Shown here piece after piece: positions 30,273 through 40,911 of a stretch of DNA of 64,000 nucleotides; positions within the stretch are counted from its first letter, which is position 1, and every line of letters begins with the position of its first letter. Source of the stretch: Candidatus Bathyarchaeia archaeon (GTDB lineage: Archaea; Thermoproteota; Bathyarchaeia; Bathyarchaeales; Bathycorpusculaceae); assembly GCA_049512075.1 (NCBI GenBank), contig JBEKXL010000002.1, positions 64,001-128,000 of the forward strand. The letters are read 5' to 3'. The notes under the pieces were generated by a model. That model had not been told where the DNA came from. It ran no database searches and was given only the letters and a program-made list of their open reading frames with translations. A program made the translations under genes and the position numbers.

Positions 30273-30505
30273 AATTTTGCGCCCTTGATGAAAGTTTTGA
30301 TCTGATTGACAATAGGTAGCAGGCGTGATGATTGCGCGCGCGGTGAACTATCATGTGAAGTCGATTTGCTTGGCTGTTCAGCGAGAGGTTACGTGCTGTT
30401 GAGGGAAGACAAGCAGACTTGACACATTTTCCCTAGCGGAATAATCTGTATATGCATGTCTTGGTTCGGTTGGCTAGTGAGAACAACTGTAATGATGTTT
30501 AAAGA

Positions 30506-32461
30506 ATGTTGACCAAGTTTGTTTCACTGATTCTTGCAATCTCTTTAGTAGTTACATTAGGCGTGTTTATCCCCCTGGCGATTGATCATTTCAATGACAA
30601 TACGTTTAGCGACATCACGATTTTGGACACTCCTCCTCTTCTTGAAGCTCTACAGCAGGTGCAAGATAGAGGGATTTATATGTGCATTCATGGATGGCGC
30701 CACGAGGATTTCTCTACGCTTACAGCTCAGCAAGCCTTGGACGCTGTTGAGAAGAGCCTTGAAGTCTTTAGGAAAGCAAACCTCGTTCCAGCCGCCTTCA
30801 TACCTCCCTACCAAGACTTTGGCACGCTTCCCCCATCTGTCAGAGCAGCCATAGAAAGCACAGGAATAGCTACAAGCCTTCCAGTGCTCAAGTCGAACGG
30901 CACTCGAGTTGCTGGTTACGGTTGGCTCTGGCGCACGATGAAGAGTTTCGAGGATAATCGATACCGAGCCGCGGCTGCTTCTATCATCTCTGAACAACCT
31001 ACGTCGATTTACCTGCACGTAGAAGATTGGAATCCTTTTCTGAAACAGTTGATGTGTGACTACCTTCAAGAAACTCAAGTCGTCAACGTGACTATCCGTA
31101 TCGACGATATAGAAGTCAACACTCCGGTGGAAAAAATCATTGACATGGCTGATTTACTAAACTACACTTCTGTGGGGCGTGTCGCGTATTCCATCATTCC
31201 TTCTGGAACCTGGCGAGGCGGCGACCCAACGATTTACGGCATTAGCGTAAACAACATATTCCATTCATACTGGTTCTTCTTCTTGGCAACAGCATTCTTC
31301 CCTTTCGCATTCCTGTTTCTGTGGCGGGGCATGTCGTCGCGAAATAGAGGAGGGGGTAAGACCGACGAAAATCACGCATCTGATGACCCTCATGCAAAGC
31401 CTCCCGAGGGCGGACAGCTTGTTTCAGTTGTCGTTCCAGCTTACAACGAAGAAGAAAACATCGGCAGATGCATAGAAAGCATTCTAACCCAAGATTTCAC
31501 CGGCCAGCTGGAGCTTATTATCGTTAACGACGGCTCAACCGACAAAACCTCCGAGATCGCTTCAAAATATCCTGTGAAATTAATTGATCTCCCGAAGAAT
31601 GGCGGCAAAGCCCAAGCTTTGAACGTTGGAACAAGAAGCGCGCGAGGCGAAATCATAGTATTTTCTGATTCAGACTCCGAAATGTCACATGGGGCTTTGA
31701 CGTCGATTTCAAAATGTTTCGAAGATGATCCAGATGTTGAAGCAGTCGCCGGGAATGTTCTCGTTAAGACCTCAGACGGAAAACACAGTTTTCTACGAGA
31801 TTTCCAGGAAATCGAGTACCTTTTGGAGCAGGAAGTCAGTCGTTTCCTTCAGAGTAGCGAAGGCAAAGTGCTGGTCTGCCCTGGGCCGCTCTTTGCCGTG
31901 AAGCGAAGAATCGCCGAGAAAACACCGTTTAGCAGCGTCACAGTCGTAGAAGATGCGGATTTCACCCTTTGCGTTCTGAGGAAATATTCAAAAATAGTTC
32001 GAGTGTCCGAGGCAATGGTCTATACGGACGTGCCGAAGTCGATTCGAGCTTGGCTCAACCAAAGAAAAAGATGGTGGTACGGCAACCTGCAACTCTGGAA
32101 GAAACATGGAGAATGGGCTAAACGAAATCCATGGATGATCCTGAATTACCTCGCGTTTCCCATTAGCATTCTATCTATCCTTATGACGATTCTGCTTCCC
32201 TATCTCTTCTCGACGTTTGACAACTTGAACATGATCTTGCTTCGAGGGATACTATACCTCGTCACTCCCTGGATGTTGTTCACCCTTTTCACTTGGCCTT
32301 TTTTCGTCAAGAAGAACAGAAAACTTTTGTTTATGCTAGTGCCCTACTACTTGATATACGCAACGATGAAAATGCTGCTGATCGCCTACCTGTACATCTG
32401 TTATTTGTCGCGAAGGGGTGTCGTAATAAGATTCGGTTCAAAGGATATGCGAGTGAGGTGA
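30506..32461 (+). CDS. Polysaccharide-deacetylase-like (DUF2334) domain fused to a processive GT2 glycosyltransferase
   Basis: IHGWRH and FIPPY; VVPAYNEE, DGSTD, DSD, VEDAD, QRKRW; C-terminal TMs. Confidence 0.88.
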   Translation: MLTKFVSLILAISLVVTLGVFIPLAIDHFNDNTFSDITILDTPPLLEALQQVQDRGIYMCIHGWRHEDFSTLTAQQALDAVEKSLEVFRKANLVPAAFIPPYQDFGTLPPSVRAAIESTGIATSLPVLKSNGTRVAGYGWLWRTMKSFEDNRYRAAAASIISEQPTSIYLHVEDWNPFLKQLMCDYLQETQVVNVTIRIDDIEVNTPVEKIIDMADLLNYTSVGRVAYSIIPSGTWRGGDPTIYGISVNNIFHSYWFFFLATAFFPFAFLFLWRGMSSRNRGGGKTDENHASDDPHAKPPEGGQLVSVVVPAYNEEENIGRCIESILTQDFTGQLELIIVNDGSTDKTSEIASKYPVKLIDLPKNGGKAQALNVGTRSARGEIIVFSDSDSEMSHGALTSISKCFEDDPDVEAVAGNVLVKTSDGKHSFLRDFQEIEYLLEQEVSRFLQSSEGKVLVCPGPLFAVKRRIAEKTPFSSVTVVEDADFTLCVLRKYSKIVRVSEAMVYTDVPKSIRAWLNQRKRWWYGNLQLWKKHGEWAKRNPWMILNYLAFPISILSILMTILLPYLFSTFDNLNMILLRGILYLVTPWMLFTLFTWPFFVKKNRKLLFMLVPYYLIYATMKMLLIAYLYICYLSRRGVVIRFGSKDMRVR

Positions 32462-32485
32462 ACAGGAACGAGGTTCTCTGCCATT

Positions 32486-34132
32486 TTGCTTGCTACGTTG
32501 CTGCTGGGATCATGTTTTGTCTTTTCCTCGGTGCGCGCTGCTCAGAGTGGGCCCTTGCTAGGTGTCTATCCCGATTTTGATTTTTCAAAATCAGCTGATT
32601 ACTGGTCCAATCTAGCCAGCAGCATAGGAGGCGGCAATGGGTTGATCGACTTGACCGTTGCCGAGGCAACAAATGAAAGCATCGTGATACTGCCTTTCCC
32701 CTTCGAGCCAACTGGTTATCTGGAAAGTTCCAGTCAGACAGATCTGGTTGAACCTTATCTTGACAGGTTCGAATCTGACGGCCTCAAGGTAATTCTTTCA
32801 ATCCAACCCTTAATGTCAGATGTGACAGAGCTCATAGACATCGTTCTCTCAAGGTTTGGCCACCACTCAAACATTCTTGGGGTAAACGTTGACCTGGAAT
32901 GGAAGCAAAGTGGAACTCCTAACTACGTTAGCAACAGAGAGCGAGATCTGTGGCTTAACGAGACAAAGAGCAAGAGATCTGACCTCAAACTGTTTCTCAC
33001 CTATTACAAAGACTACACCCATTTCCCACAAGACACAACCGATCTCGTGGTAATGTTTGACGGAGAGGGAGACACGCAAACCAATCTTCTCAACAAATTT
33101 GAGCAGATTGCAAGCCATTATGATTCGGTAGGCATTTATACAGGTTATTCCTCAAGTGTTCCTCCAACCGCCTCTCTACAAAGAATACTAAGCGCGGTCC
33201 CGAAAACTCAATACATTATTCACGCGTCAGCTGTTTCCTCCGAGATGCCGACCCTCGTGTTTGAGATGGACGGAGTGCAAGTCGACTATCAGGAACACAC
33301 GACAATCAACTTGCTGGATCTTTGTCTCACAAAAAACATGCCTCTCGTATGCGGAGTCGTTCCACAAGGTCTTGACAACCTAAGTCTAGGCGGAGGTTAC
33401 TTGCCCAGCTACCTCAGAGATCTTCACCAAAATTACTTCGACATTTTCGAGATGGCTCAACTCGGCTACACAAACAACGATTCAGAAATACTCGCAGGCA
33501 AGACGTACCAAGAACAAAAAACGGTGATAGAAAAAGGACTTCAAATAATGAAATCCGTCGGAATCTCACCTACGACTTTTGTCCCGCCTTCAGGCTCAGC
33601 CGACGATACGACGCTCACAGTGGCAGAGGAACTTGGATTCAAGAACTTCGTCGATCTCTATGAAAACTTGTCATCTAGCAAACTCCTGATACTAGATTCA
33701 TGGGTCTCGCTCATTGATCAAACCGCAAACGGCACGAAACTGAAATCGCCAGAACAACTGATGGCAGAGATTGATCAGAAAGCCCCCGGTGATCTCACGA
33801 TCATCGAATATCAGATTCAGGATTTCGTCAACAACTCCCGAACAAAAATGACGGCGCTATCTAAAATAATAGATTCTTTGATTTCAAGTGAGAAATACGT
33901 ATTCATGACGGAGAGACAGTATCAAGAGACTCTCGGCTACAATTCCACATCAAACCCGGATGGCACGACGCCGTCGCCGACACTTCCAGAGTGGGAGATT
34001 CTTCTCGCTTTAGGAACTTCAGTAACTATTGCGGTCACTATTCTTTTAGCAAGAAAAACTCGCGGCCTGAAGAAATTGGGCCTCAGCAGGTCACGAAATA
34101 GAAAAAAATCAAGAGCGCGCGCCGCAAACTAA
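32486..34132 (+). CDS. Secreted TIM-barrel/DUF2334 deacetylase-like protein with C-terminal membrane anchor
   Basis: Signal peptide, TFVPP motif, P/T-rich linker, LPEW + TM + basic tail. Confidence 0.7.
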   Translation: MLATLLLGSCFVFSSVRAAQSGPLLGVYPDFDFSKSADYWSNLASSIGGGNGLIDLTVAEATNESIVILPFPFEPTGYLESSSQTDLVEPYLDRFESDGLKVILSIQPLMSDVTELIDIVLSRFGHHSNILGVNVDLEWKQSGTPNYVSNRERDLWLNETKSKRSDLKLFLTYYKDYTHFPQDTTDLVVMFDGEGDTQTNLLNKFEQIASHYDSVGIYTGYSSSVPPTASLQRILSAVPKTQYIIHASAVSSEMPTLVFEMDGVQVDYQEHTTINLLDLCLTKNMPLVCGVVPQGLDNLSLGGGYLPSYLRDLHQNYFDIFEMAQLGYTNNDSEILAGKTYQEQKTVIEKGLQIMKSVGISPTTFVPPSGSADDTTLTVAEELGFKNFVDLYENLSSSKLLILDSWVSLIDQTANGTKLKSPEQLMAEIDQKAPGDLTIIEYQIQDFVNNSRTKMTALSKIIDSLISSEKYVFMTERQYQETLGYNSTSNPDGTTPSPTLPEWEILLALGTSVTIAVTILLARKTRGLKKLGLSRSRNRKKSRARAAN

Positions 34133-34150
34133 CCCTCATACTTATTCTCT

Positions 34151-34250
34151 GAGCGCGCGCGGGCTTCAATTTGTTACGTTTAATGTTTCTTCCAACATTC
34201 TGAGAAGTGCTTCAGAGAGTCTTACTGTTACGTTTTGAATGGTGAAAGAA
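34151..34250. repeat. Dispersed ~100-bp repeat, copy B
   Basis: GAGCGCGCGCG followed by ATTTGTTACGTTTAATGTTTCTTCCAACATTC...TACTGTTACGTTTTG. Confidence 0.85.
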
Positions 34251-34379
34251 ACTGGGCGAGAGCCAGACACTTACCGATTTCTGAGGTTTTCGTGCATGAT
34301 TGGAAACTGTGAAGGGCCTTGCAGCGCCCGCTGAGCATGTTTTTTAAGCTTTCCAACGATCTTGTAAGAAGGGATAATA

Positions 34380-35966
34380 GTGTACCAAGTCCCTTGGAAG
34401 GAATACTCAGAAGAGGAAATCCAACAAACGCTGTCTTACCTCTTCAAGTGTAAGGGCTATAATGTTTACAATGCTCACAAGGCAGACAGACGCGGCGAAA
34501 TGGGAGCAGATCTAGAATGCACAAGACCCGCTGAAGCCGAGAAAATTCTGGTTAGCGTCAAAAAGAAACCCCAACAAAAAGACATCCTTCAACTTGAAAC
34601 CTTGGCAAAGAGAGACGCCAAGACAAAAATATACGTATACGTCGAGGAACCTTCTGCATCATTCAAGGAAGCAATGAGCAAGAAATCGGAGATTAGCTTC
34701 TGGGACTCTGAGAAACTGACTTCAGAGACTTTTAGAACAGACTTACGTTTCTATCTTTTTCTCATAATTGAGAACAATATCGAAAGAACTAGTTATCGAA
34801 TAACATTCTCTTTCTGCAAATTGTATTTTGATCTAGAAAAGGGTAAGATGAAGATTCAAGAACCCGCGGAAGGAGACGTCGAAATGATGAACCTCCTCTG
34901 GAACGCAAAAGATAGAAGCGCGAGCCTACACAAATCTCTCAGAACACTCCAAGAAATCTACGAGAACACTTACTTAACCTCAGTCGATTACAGGGAAACA
35001 GAGTCAATCGTGAACGGATTCCTAAAGGGACTGTTCAATCTACACATAAACTCCTTGAAACCCCTCGAAATTCTTTTCAAAGAATTCATGACTAAGTATC
35101 CGAATAACTTCGCGCAGTTCTGCCTTCAAACCAAGGATCGTTCTAATTGGGTATTCTTCTTCACACATTTCCCTGAACTTCTTCCAGGCAACATAATCAA
35201 ATCTTTCGAAACCGAGGAAAAGGAAGCTGCAAAACTGCGAAAATTCTTCGACAAGAGTGGAGCCACTCCCACTCCTCCAGAAACTCTGGGTGAGATTTTG
35301 GCGGACATTTCACGAATCCTCGCTAACGGCGCCTATTGGTTAGAAGACGTTGTTGACGACCTTCACAGTATCGCTTTTTTTGGAAAATGGGAGAAAATGA
35401 GGGAAAAGACCCCCAAATGGCTGCGTCTCTGGGAAAATGAACGTGGACTCGGGTATCAATTTGAACTTGATCAAAAGAAAACCACAGATAAAGAAACATT
35501 GCCAAAGATGAGTGAACAGAAGCCATCAAGACAACCTCCAAGAAAATCACTTGTTCATTCAAAAGGGAAGCGTTGCTTCGTGCTGATGCCTTTCAAAGCA
35601 AATTTCCGCAGATTGTATGAGAACCATATTAGGCCTGTACTTGAAAACAACGGCTTCAAGGTCATGAAATCTGATGATATCTACACACCCACAGTTATCA
35701 CAGACGACATTAAGACCTACATAGGAAGCTCCGACCTGGTGCTAGCAGATGTTACGAACAAGAACCCGAACGTCCTGTATGAGCTGGGCCTCGCTCATGC
35801 GATCGGAAAAGAAACAATCATAATAACGCAAAACGAAGAAGACATCCCTTCTGACTTCAGACATTTGCGTTATTTCGAGTACGACGATGACGAAGAAGGC
35901 TGGAAATCGCTGAGAGAATGTCTTGACAAGGTGACGAGTTCAACAAAGACTCTTGGAAAACAATAA
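34380..35966 (+). CDS. Mrr-like restriction endonuclease domain + helical region + nucleoside-deoxyribosyltransferase/TIR-like domain
   Basis: N-terminal GEMGADL...VSVKK (Mrr_cat-like); C-terminal CFVLMPF...ADVTNKNPNVLYELGLAHA. Confidence 0.7.
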   Translation: MYQVPWKEYSEEEIQQTLSYLFKCKGYNVYNAHKADRRGEMGADLECTRPAEAEKILVSVKKKPQQKDILQLETLAKRDAKTKIYVYVEEPSASFKEAMSKKSEISFWDSEKLTSETFRTDLRFYLFLIIENNIERTSYRITFSFCKLYFDLEKGKMKIQEPAEGDVEMMNLLWNAKDRSASLHKSLRTLQEIYENTYLTSVDYRETESIVNGFLKGLFNLHINSLKPLEILFKEFMTKYPNNFAQFCLQTKDRSNWVFFFTHFPELLPGNIIKSFETEEKEAAKLRKFFDKSGATPTPPETLGEILADISRILANGAYWLEDVVDDLHSIAFFGKWEKMREKTPKWLRLWENERGLGYQFELDQKKTTDKETLPKMSEQKPSRQPPRKSLVHSKGKRCFVLMPFKANFRRLYENHIRPVLENNGFKVMKSDDIYTPTVITDDIKTYIGSSDLVLADVTNKNPNVLYELGLAHAIGKETIIITQNEEDIPSDFRHLRYFEYDDDEEGWKSLRECLDKVTSSTKTLGKQ

Positions 35967-36123
35967 CCCTTGATTCGCATATGGTTTTGGGTTGAAATGA
36001 TCAGCAAATAGTGAGTTAGCGCACGCTCGGAGTGACAAGCTAACCACGGCAGCTCTGCATGAAACCATAGCTCGCGCCCTTCAGGTGAGCGATTTTACCT
36101 ATTCGGCAAAACCTATGCGATCT

Positions 36124-37599
36124 TTATTTCTTCGGCGGATGTTTTGCGTTGAACTTATCTTTTGAGAGGAGTTTTAGGCCATGTTTGACCTGGACAGAAT
36201 TCAAAGCATGCTTGACCCCTAGTAGATACATAAGAGGCAGATTCTCCCCTTCTTCATCGATTACTTTGTATATCTGTTCCTCACTCGACCAACCTTCTTT
36301 TGTAGCCATTCTATCGAATCTCTTTTCCATATGACCGATCATCTTTTTGAACTTCGGCTCAAGTAGTGCATGCCACATCGAAGCGAGATCTTGAACATTC
36401 TGTTTAAATGGTTTCTCTGTTTTCATTTGTAGTAGATTGTCTCTCGTCCGCTTCAGTATTTGGTTTGAAATGCCCTCGAAATCAGCCTCACGCGTGTCTA
36501 TATCAAGAGCTAACATCATTTCTTTGATCTGATCGATCGTTCCTTTCCGACACTTTCCTTTGTCTTGGTGGGAAAAGCAATTGTCGCAGTTAGTGACATA
36601 ATATTCCTCCCCAAAGGGTCCCTTCTTCTCAAAACGGATAACCAAGTTTTTTTCGCCTAGGCTTTTCAACGTTTTTGAAATGGTAGATTTGTCCATTGCT
36701 GTGAAGCTGGCAATTTCAGTAACAGAAAGACTCATATTATCTAACAATCTTAGGCATACTTTAGAAGCCTGGCCTGCCTGTAACCGTGTAGATGAGTCTA
36801 TCTCATGGATTAGCCTTTGAGGGCCGTATACATCGGTAGGCAATTGCCATTGATCTCTTGTCTTTCCAAATCGAAGCCTTTTTAGAAATCTTTCAACGTT
36901 TGCCGTATCGAAAGAGTATACTTGGTCAATTATCTCAAATGTGTCGATTTGATTCTTCTTAGATTTGGCAATCGCAGAAACCGCGTATACAAGTTTCTCA
37001 TATGCATCCTCTGTTATCGATGGGGGTCTATGAGGCAATCGTACCTTGTTCGTGATCTTCCATTTTCCATTATCATGCCCCAACAATCTAACATAATGAC
37101 CCTTTGTGGACAAAACCAGTTTGTCTACAACCTCGGCCATTTCGCTCTGTGGCGGAACTAAGACTTTGGCCACATCTTTACTGGCAAATGCATCTTTGCT
37201 GGCAAGTGAAGAATGCCCTCCCTCCATAACATAGTAAACTGCCCAGCGTATGGCTTTTTCAACATTCGTTTGGACTCCCTCCGTAAAATCGAAGAACATT
37301 TCGAAGTCTTCGCTCTTCCTCAATGTGCGATTTTCATTTCTTACCAATAATCCAGAACCCACAAGAAGATCAACTGCTTGTGGCAGAATCCTCAGCAACC
37401 TTTGCTGCTGGACATAATACTTGTTGATGGAATCGGTGTCCCCTGTCTCACTTGAGAGTGCCCCCTTGATCGTCCGCTCAGAGAAAGACTCGGAATCAAC
37501 TTGAGCGATTTCTTTTAACATATCATTGTAGATACCAAGAGCAAGCCAGGGCGGCACTGTCCTCAGGGTTTTAGTCTTCCAATCTTCCCATATCTGCAT
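36124..37599 (-). CDS. Multi-winged-helix DNA-binding protein with Cys cluster
   Basis: LSVTEIASFTAMDKSTISKTLKSLGEKNLV (MarR/TrmB-like HTH); CDNC...C. Confidence 0.6.
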   Translation of the reverse strand: MQIWEDWKTKTLRTVPPWLALGIYNDMLKEIAQVDSESFSERTIKGALSSETGDTDSINKYYVQQQRLLRILPQAVDLLVGSGLLVRNENRTLRKSEDFEMFFDFTEGVQTNVEKAIRWAVYYVMEGGHSSLASKDAFASKDVAKVLVPPQSEMAEVVDKLVLSTKGHYVRLLGHDNGKWKITNKVRLPHRPPSITEDAYEKLVYAVSAIAKSKKNQIDTFEIIDQVYSFDTANVERFLKRLRFGKTRDQWQLPTDVYGPQRLIHEIDSSTRLQAGQASKVCLRLLDNMSLSVTEIASFTAMDKSTISKTLKSLGEKNLVIRFEKKGPFGEEYYVTNCDNCFSHQDKGKCRKGTIDQIKEMMLALDIDTREADFEGISNQILKRTRDNLLQMKTEKPFKQNVQDLASMWHALLEPKFKKMIGHMEKRFDRMATKEGWSSEEQIYKVIDEEGENLPLMYLLGVKHALNSVQVKHGLKLLSKDKFNAKHPPKK

Positions 37600-37617
37600 A
37601 GTGTCAATATTCTCCTA

Positions 37618-37723
37618 GTTGACAAAGAACATCATCTATCAACTAGTTGATATTACGCTCTATTAAATGTTCCAGTTGATTGCCGCTCTATTAGAGGCAT
37701 CCTGTTGATTTCTAGCTCTATTG
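37618..37723. promoter_or_regulatory. Phased direct repeats (GTTGAT-N4-5-GCTCTATT, 29-bp period) plus 16-bp palindrome; candidate operator or iteron array
   Basis: GTTGA at 37618, 37646, 37675, 37704; TATCAACTAGTTGATA at 37637-37652. Confidence 0.65.
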
Positions 37724-37786
37724 AATCTAAAAAAACGTTTTTCTGCCTCCGATCTAGCTATTGTTTGAGAACAGCGAGGTGTAGAT

Positions 37787-38032
37787 ATGAAATGCAAAAA
37801 GTCTGTCAAAACCTCCACCATGGACACTGTGCAAAAAATGGTCTCAACTGTGAAGTGGATCAGAAATGATTTCCTGAGGTTTTTATTGTTGACAGTAATC
37901 GTGATTGTTTCCGGTAGCGGGGGCGTAGCATACGCTTATGGCTGTAGGCTGGGAATAGTCTTGCTAATCGCAATCATGCTTTTTGTTCTTGCCGCCCTTT
38001 ACATTTTCAATAACTCCAAACGAGAATACTAA
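37787..38032 (+). CDS. Small membrane protein
   Basis: Two hydrophobic helices; GAGGT precedes the ATG. Confidence 0.45.
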   Translation: MKCKKSVKTSTMDTVQKMVSTVKWIRNDFLRFLLLTVIVIVSGSGGVAYAYGCRLGIVLLIAIMLFVLAALYIFNNSKREY

Positions 38033-38126
38033 AATAATTACGGTATTGATTTTTGTCTGAGCTATGTAAAAGTAGGAATACGGCCTTTCTGCCCACACGT
38101 GCGAAGGGGGAAGGGACTGAAACGGT

Positions 38127-40816
38127 TCAGTAGTTCGAACCGCCAATTATCATTTTGAGGCAATCACAATAGGCGGTGACCGCACGGCAATTAACAGTCT
38201 TTGACAATCCGAAGCTGACTCCGTCGAGTTGTGCGGCCGCGGGCCAGTCATATCCGTATGCTTGTGGTCCGACAACTTCAGAAGGACCTCCTCCAACGTA
38301 GCCTATCTGCAACCAGAAATCTGGTATCTGCTGCCATAGGAGTATTGGCGGACGTTGCTCATGCTTGTTCCTGCGTCAAGTTTGCCGAAAGTCCCTGGAA
38401 TTTGTGCACTGACCACGTAGTTGCAGTATATACTGTAGGCACGCGTTTTGAAACCAGAATACGTGCAGGGATTGGCTGGAAAGTTCGTGAGGCTTGTAGT
38501 GCCGTAGATTGCTTGACTTGTGGTGGCGGTACTGTATGCGATTCGAAGGGCTTTGCCCGATGCTATAGCATCAGCAACTAGCCAGTAATAGTTGTTCTTG
38601 ATGAGTTGTGGAGTTGTGGACAAGGCAACTGTTATCCAACCAGAGTATCCAGCCGCGACAGTTGTGGCTCCTTGGCTTAGGAGGGTCGTTGGGACGCCAG
38701 AATTGTCGTTGTATATGGCGACCTCTAAAGCTATGCTTAGTCCGTTGATTTCTTCGACGTAGAGAGCTAGGCTCTGGGCAGTTCCATATTCCAGCATCTG
38801 GTACCTGCTTCCGTAAAAGTATGAGCATAGATTACTCCTGCTGCTGCCAATGTCGACCTTGCCGAATTTTGGGTAAGACTGTTCAGTTGTGAAGCCCCAA
38901 CTGTAAGCGGATGGCATGTTCTGACCTTTCAGATTCATTGCGCCAGATGATATGGTGACTGTGTAGGATGTTTCATAAACCAGGGGGGAATTTGGCGTGA
39001 ATGTCATAACAGCTCCGTCGGGGCTCCAAGTGAACAAGCCAGGAACAGATGGGTTTATGCTAAACGCGTTTTGAACAGAAATCTGATTCATGGCTTCAGT
39101 GAAGGTAACCTGTACTTTTGCAGTTAAAGCGACATTCTGAGCATTTGAATTTGGAACTTGGTTGAGAACGTAAGGTGGAATATGTTCATTGACGAAGTAA
39201 TTGCAGCAAATACTGTACGCGCGGGCGTTGAACCCAGAAGAGACACAGGGATTGGTTGGGAAACTCGCGAAACTTGTCGTGCTGTAAAAAGCTTGATTCG
39301 TTGTCCCTGCGCTATAAGCGATTCTAAGCGATTTGCCAGAGGCAATTGCGTTAGCAACCAGCCAATAGTAGTTGCCTGGTAGCAGGTTTGGATGTGTTGA
39401 GAGTGTGACAGTTACCCAGTTTCGGTAGCCTGCGGGAATATTAGTTGTTCCTTGGGCTAAGAGAGTGCTCGGTTTGCCCGCGTTGTCGTTGTATATTGCC
39501 ACTTTCAGAGGTCTGTTTTCGCCGTTCATTTCCTCAACGTAGAGAGATATGCTTTGAGCGAAGCAGTCTTCTAGAGCTTGGTATTTGCTGCCGTAGGTGT
39601 ACGTGGCGAGGTTGCTTCTGCTAGCTCCAACGTCGATTTTCCCAAAGTGAGGCGGCATTAGAGGATAATGGTCTATGCTAACGTCATAGACAGTGTAGGG
39701 AGTGTCGCCAATTCCGTCTGGACCTATCACGGTCTGCTGGGGCCATTGGTATAGGTCAGTTCCACCATAATTACTCCAATAGTTGCCACCAATTGGATAA
39801 CTAGAGTTCCAGTCTATAACGTGTAATCCTTCAACATCTTCTGCGGGAACGGTAGCTTGAACAACATTGTTGATGAATCTATTGTGGTAGAAGAGCATAT
39901 TTATGGAAACATATGTTGAGACGTCGAGGTTGACCCCGTAGTTGTTGTCTTCCAGCGTATTGTTGTAGAATGTTCCGCCTATCCAATAGTCGCGTACATT
40001 AGAATAAATGGCGTAAAAGTCGTGCCAAAAGCAATTCCCACTGACTTTTAGATTTGAACAGGTTTGTCCAACATACAAGCCTATTGTACTAAGGTATATT
40101 CTGTTGTTGGTCACTTCCGCCGCTATCTCTGCCGTCTCTGGCACGCCACCGAGACTCAATGCGGTGTCACATCTTTCAAATAAATTCCCAGTGATGTTCT
40201 GGGTTCCTCCCGCAATAAATATGCCCGACTCTTTCAGATAATTGTCCATAATGGTGACAGAAACGGTGCCGGTAGTGCCAGAGATTCCTACTAGACCGTT
40301 TTCTACTGTATTGTTTACGAGAGTGTAGGGACCAGGTAATATCCAGTCATCTGGTCCGCCTGGAATGAACCCTAACTCTATAGACGCGTTCCTTACTAGG
40401 TTGTTTTTGATAACAGTATTCTGTCCGCCATCGTCGATTATCGAACCGTTCTGGATAGTGAAACCGATAATTTGAACGTTAATCGCCTCCGCATGCTCTT
40501 TTATCATTCTTACCCGAAACGTGTTTCCTGTCTTTCTTCCGTCCACTATAGCGTTTTGGTTTTCAGCGATTAGTGTGAGGTCAAGTTTTCCAGTAAGAGT
40601 CACTTCTTCGTAGTAGGTTCCTTGCTTCACGAGAATGGTGTCTCCATCGCCTGCAGCATTGACTGCTTCTTGTATTGTGTGGAAGTCTGCTGGTCCATTG
40701 TCATCTACAATCCAAGTCTTAACAGCCTTAGATGGCGGAACATATGCAGCTAAAGTCAAAATTCCTACCAAAATCACCATTACTAACAGCTTAGAAAATG
40801 ATTCTCCAATCCTCAC
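38127..40816 (-). pseudogene. Secreted beta-helix (NosD/CASH) + Ig-like (Big_5) + repeated beta-sandwich surface protein, frameshifted near its 3' end
   Basis: Signal peptide, ADFHTIQEAV, GGNYWSNY...DGIGDTPY, VTFTEAMN. The third FGKxDxG repeat breaks after YGSRYQ, and the tail continues in another frame (38127-38312). Confidence 0.7.
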
Positions 40817-40911
40817 AAATTCTCTCTCCGGTAGCGCGCGTGGTATACTAGTAGTTCACTCAGGGGGATAAGATTTATGGAACCGTCTTCTATGTCACTC
40901 TCTTACGCGCG

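Noticed and set aside
37646-37723. Mini-CRISPR interpretation of the 29-bp-period repeats
   Set aside because: The period is too short, the repeats are degenerate, and there are no spacer-length unique segments.
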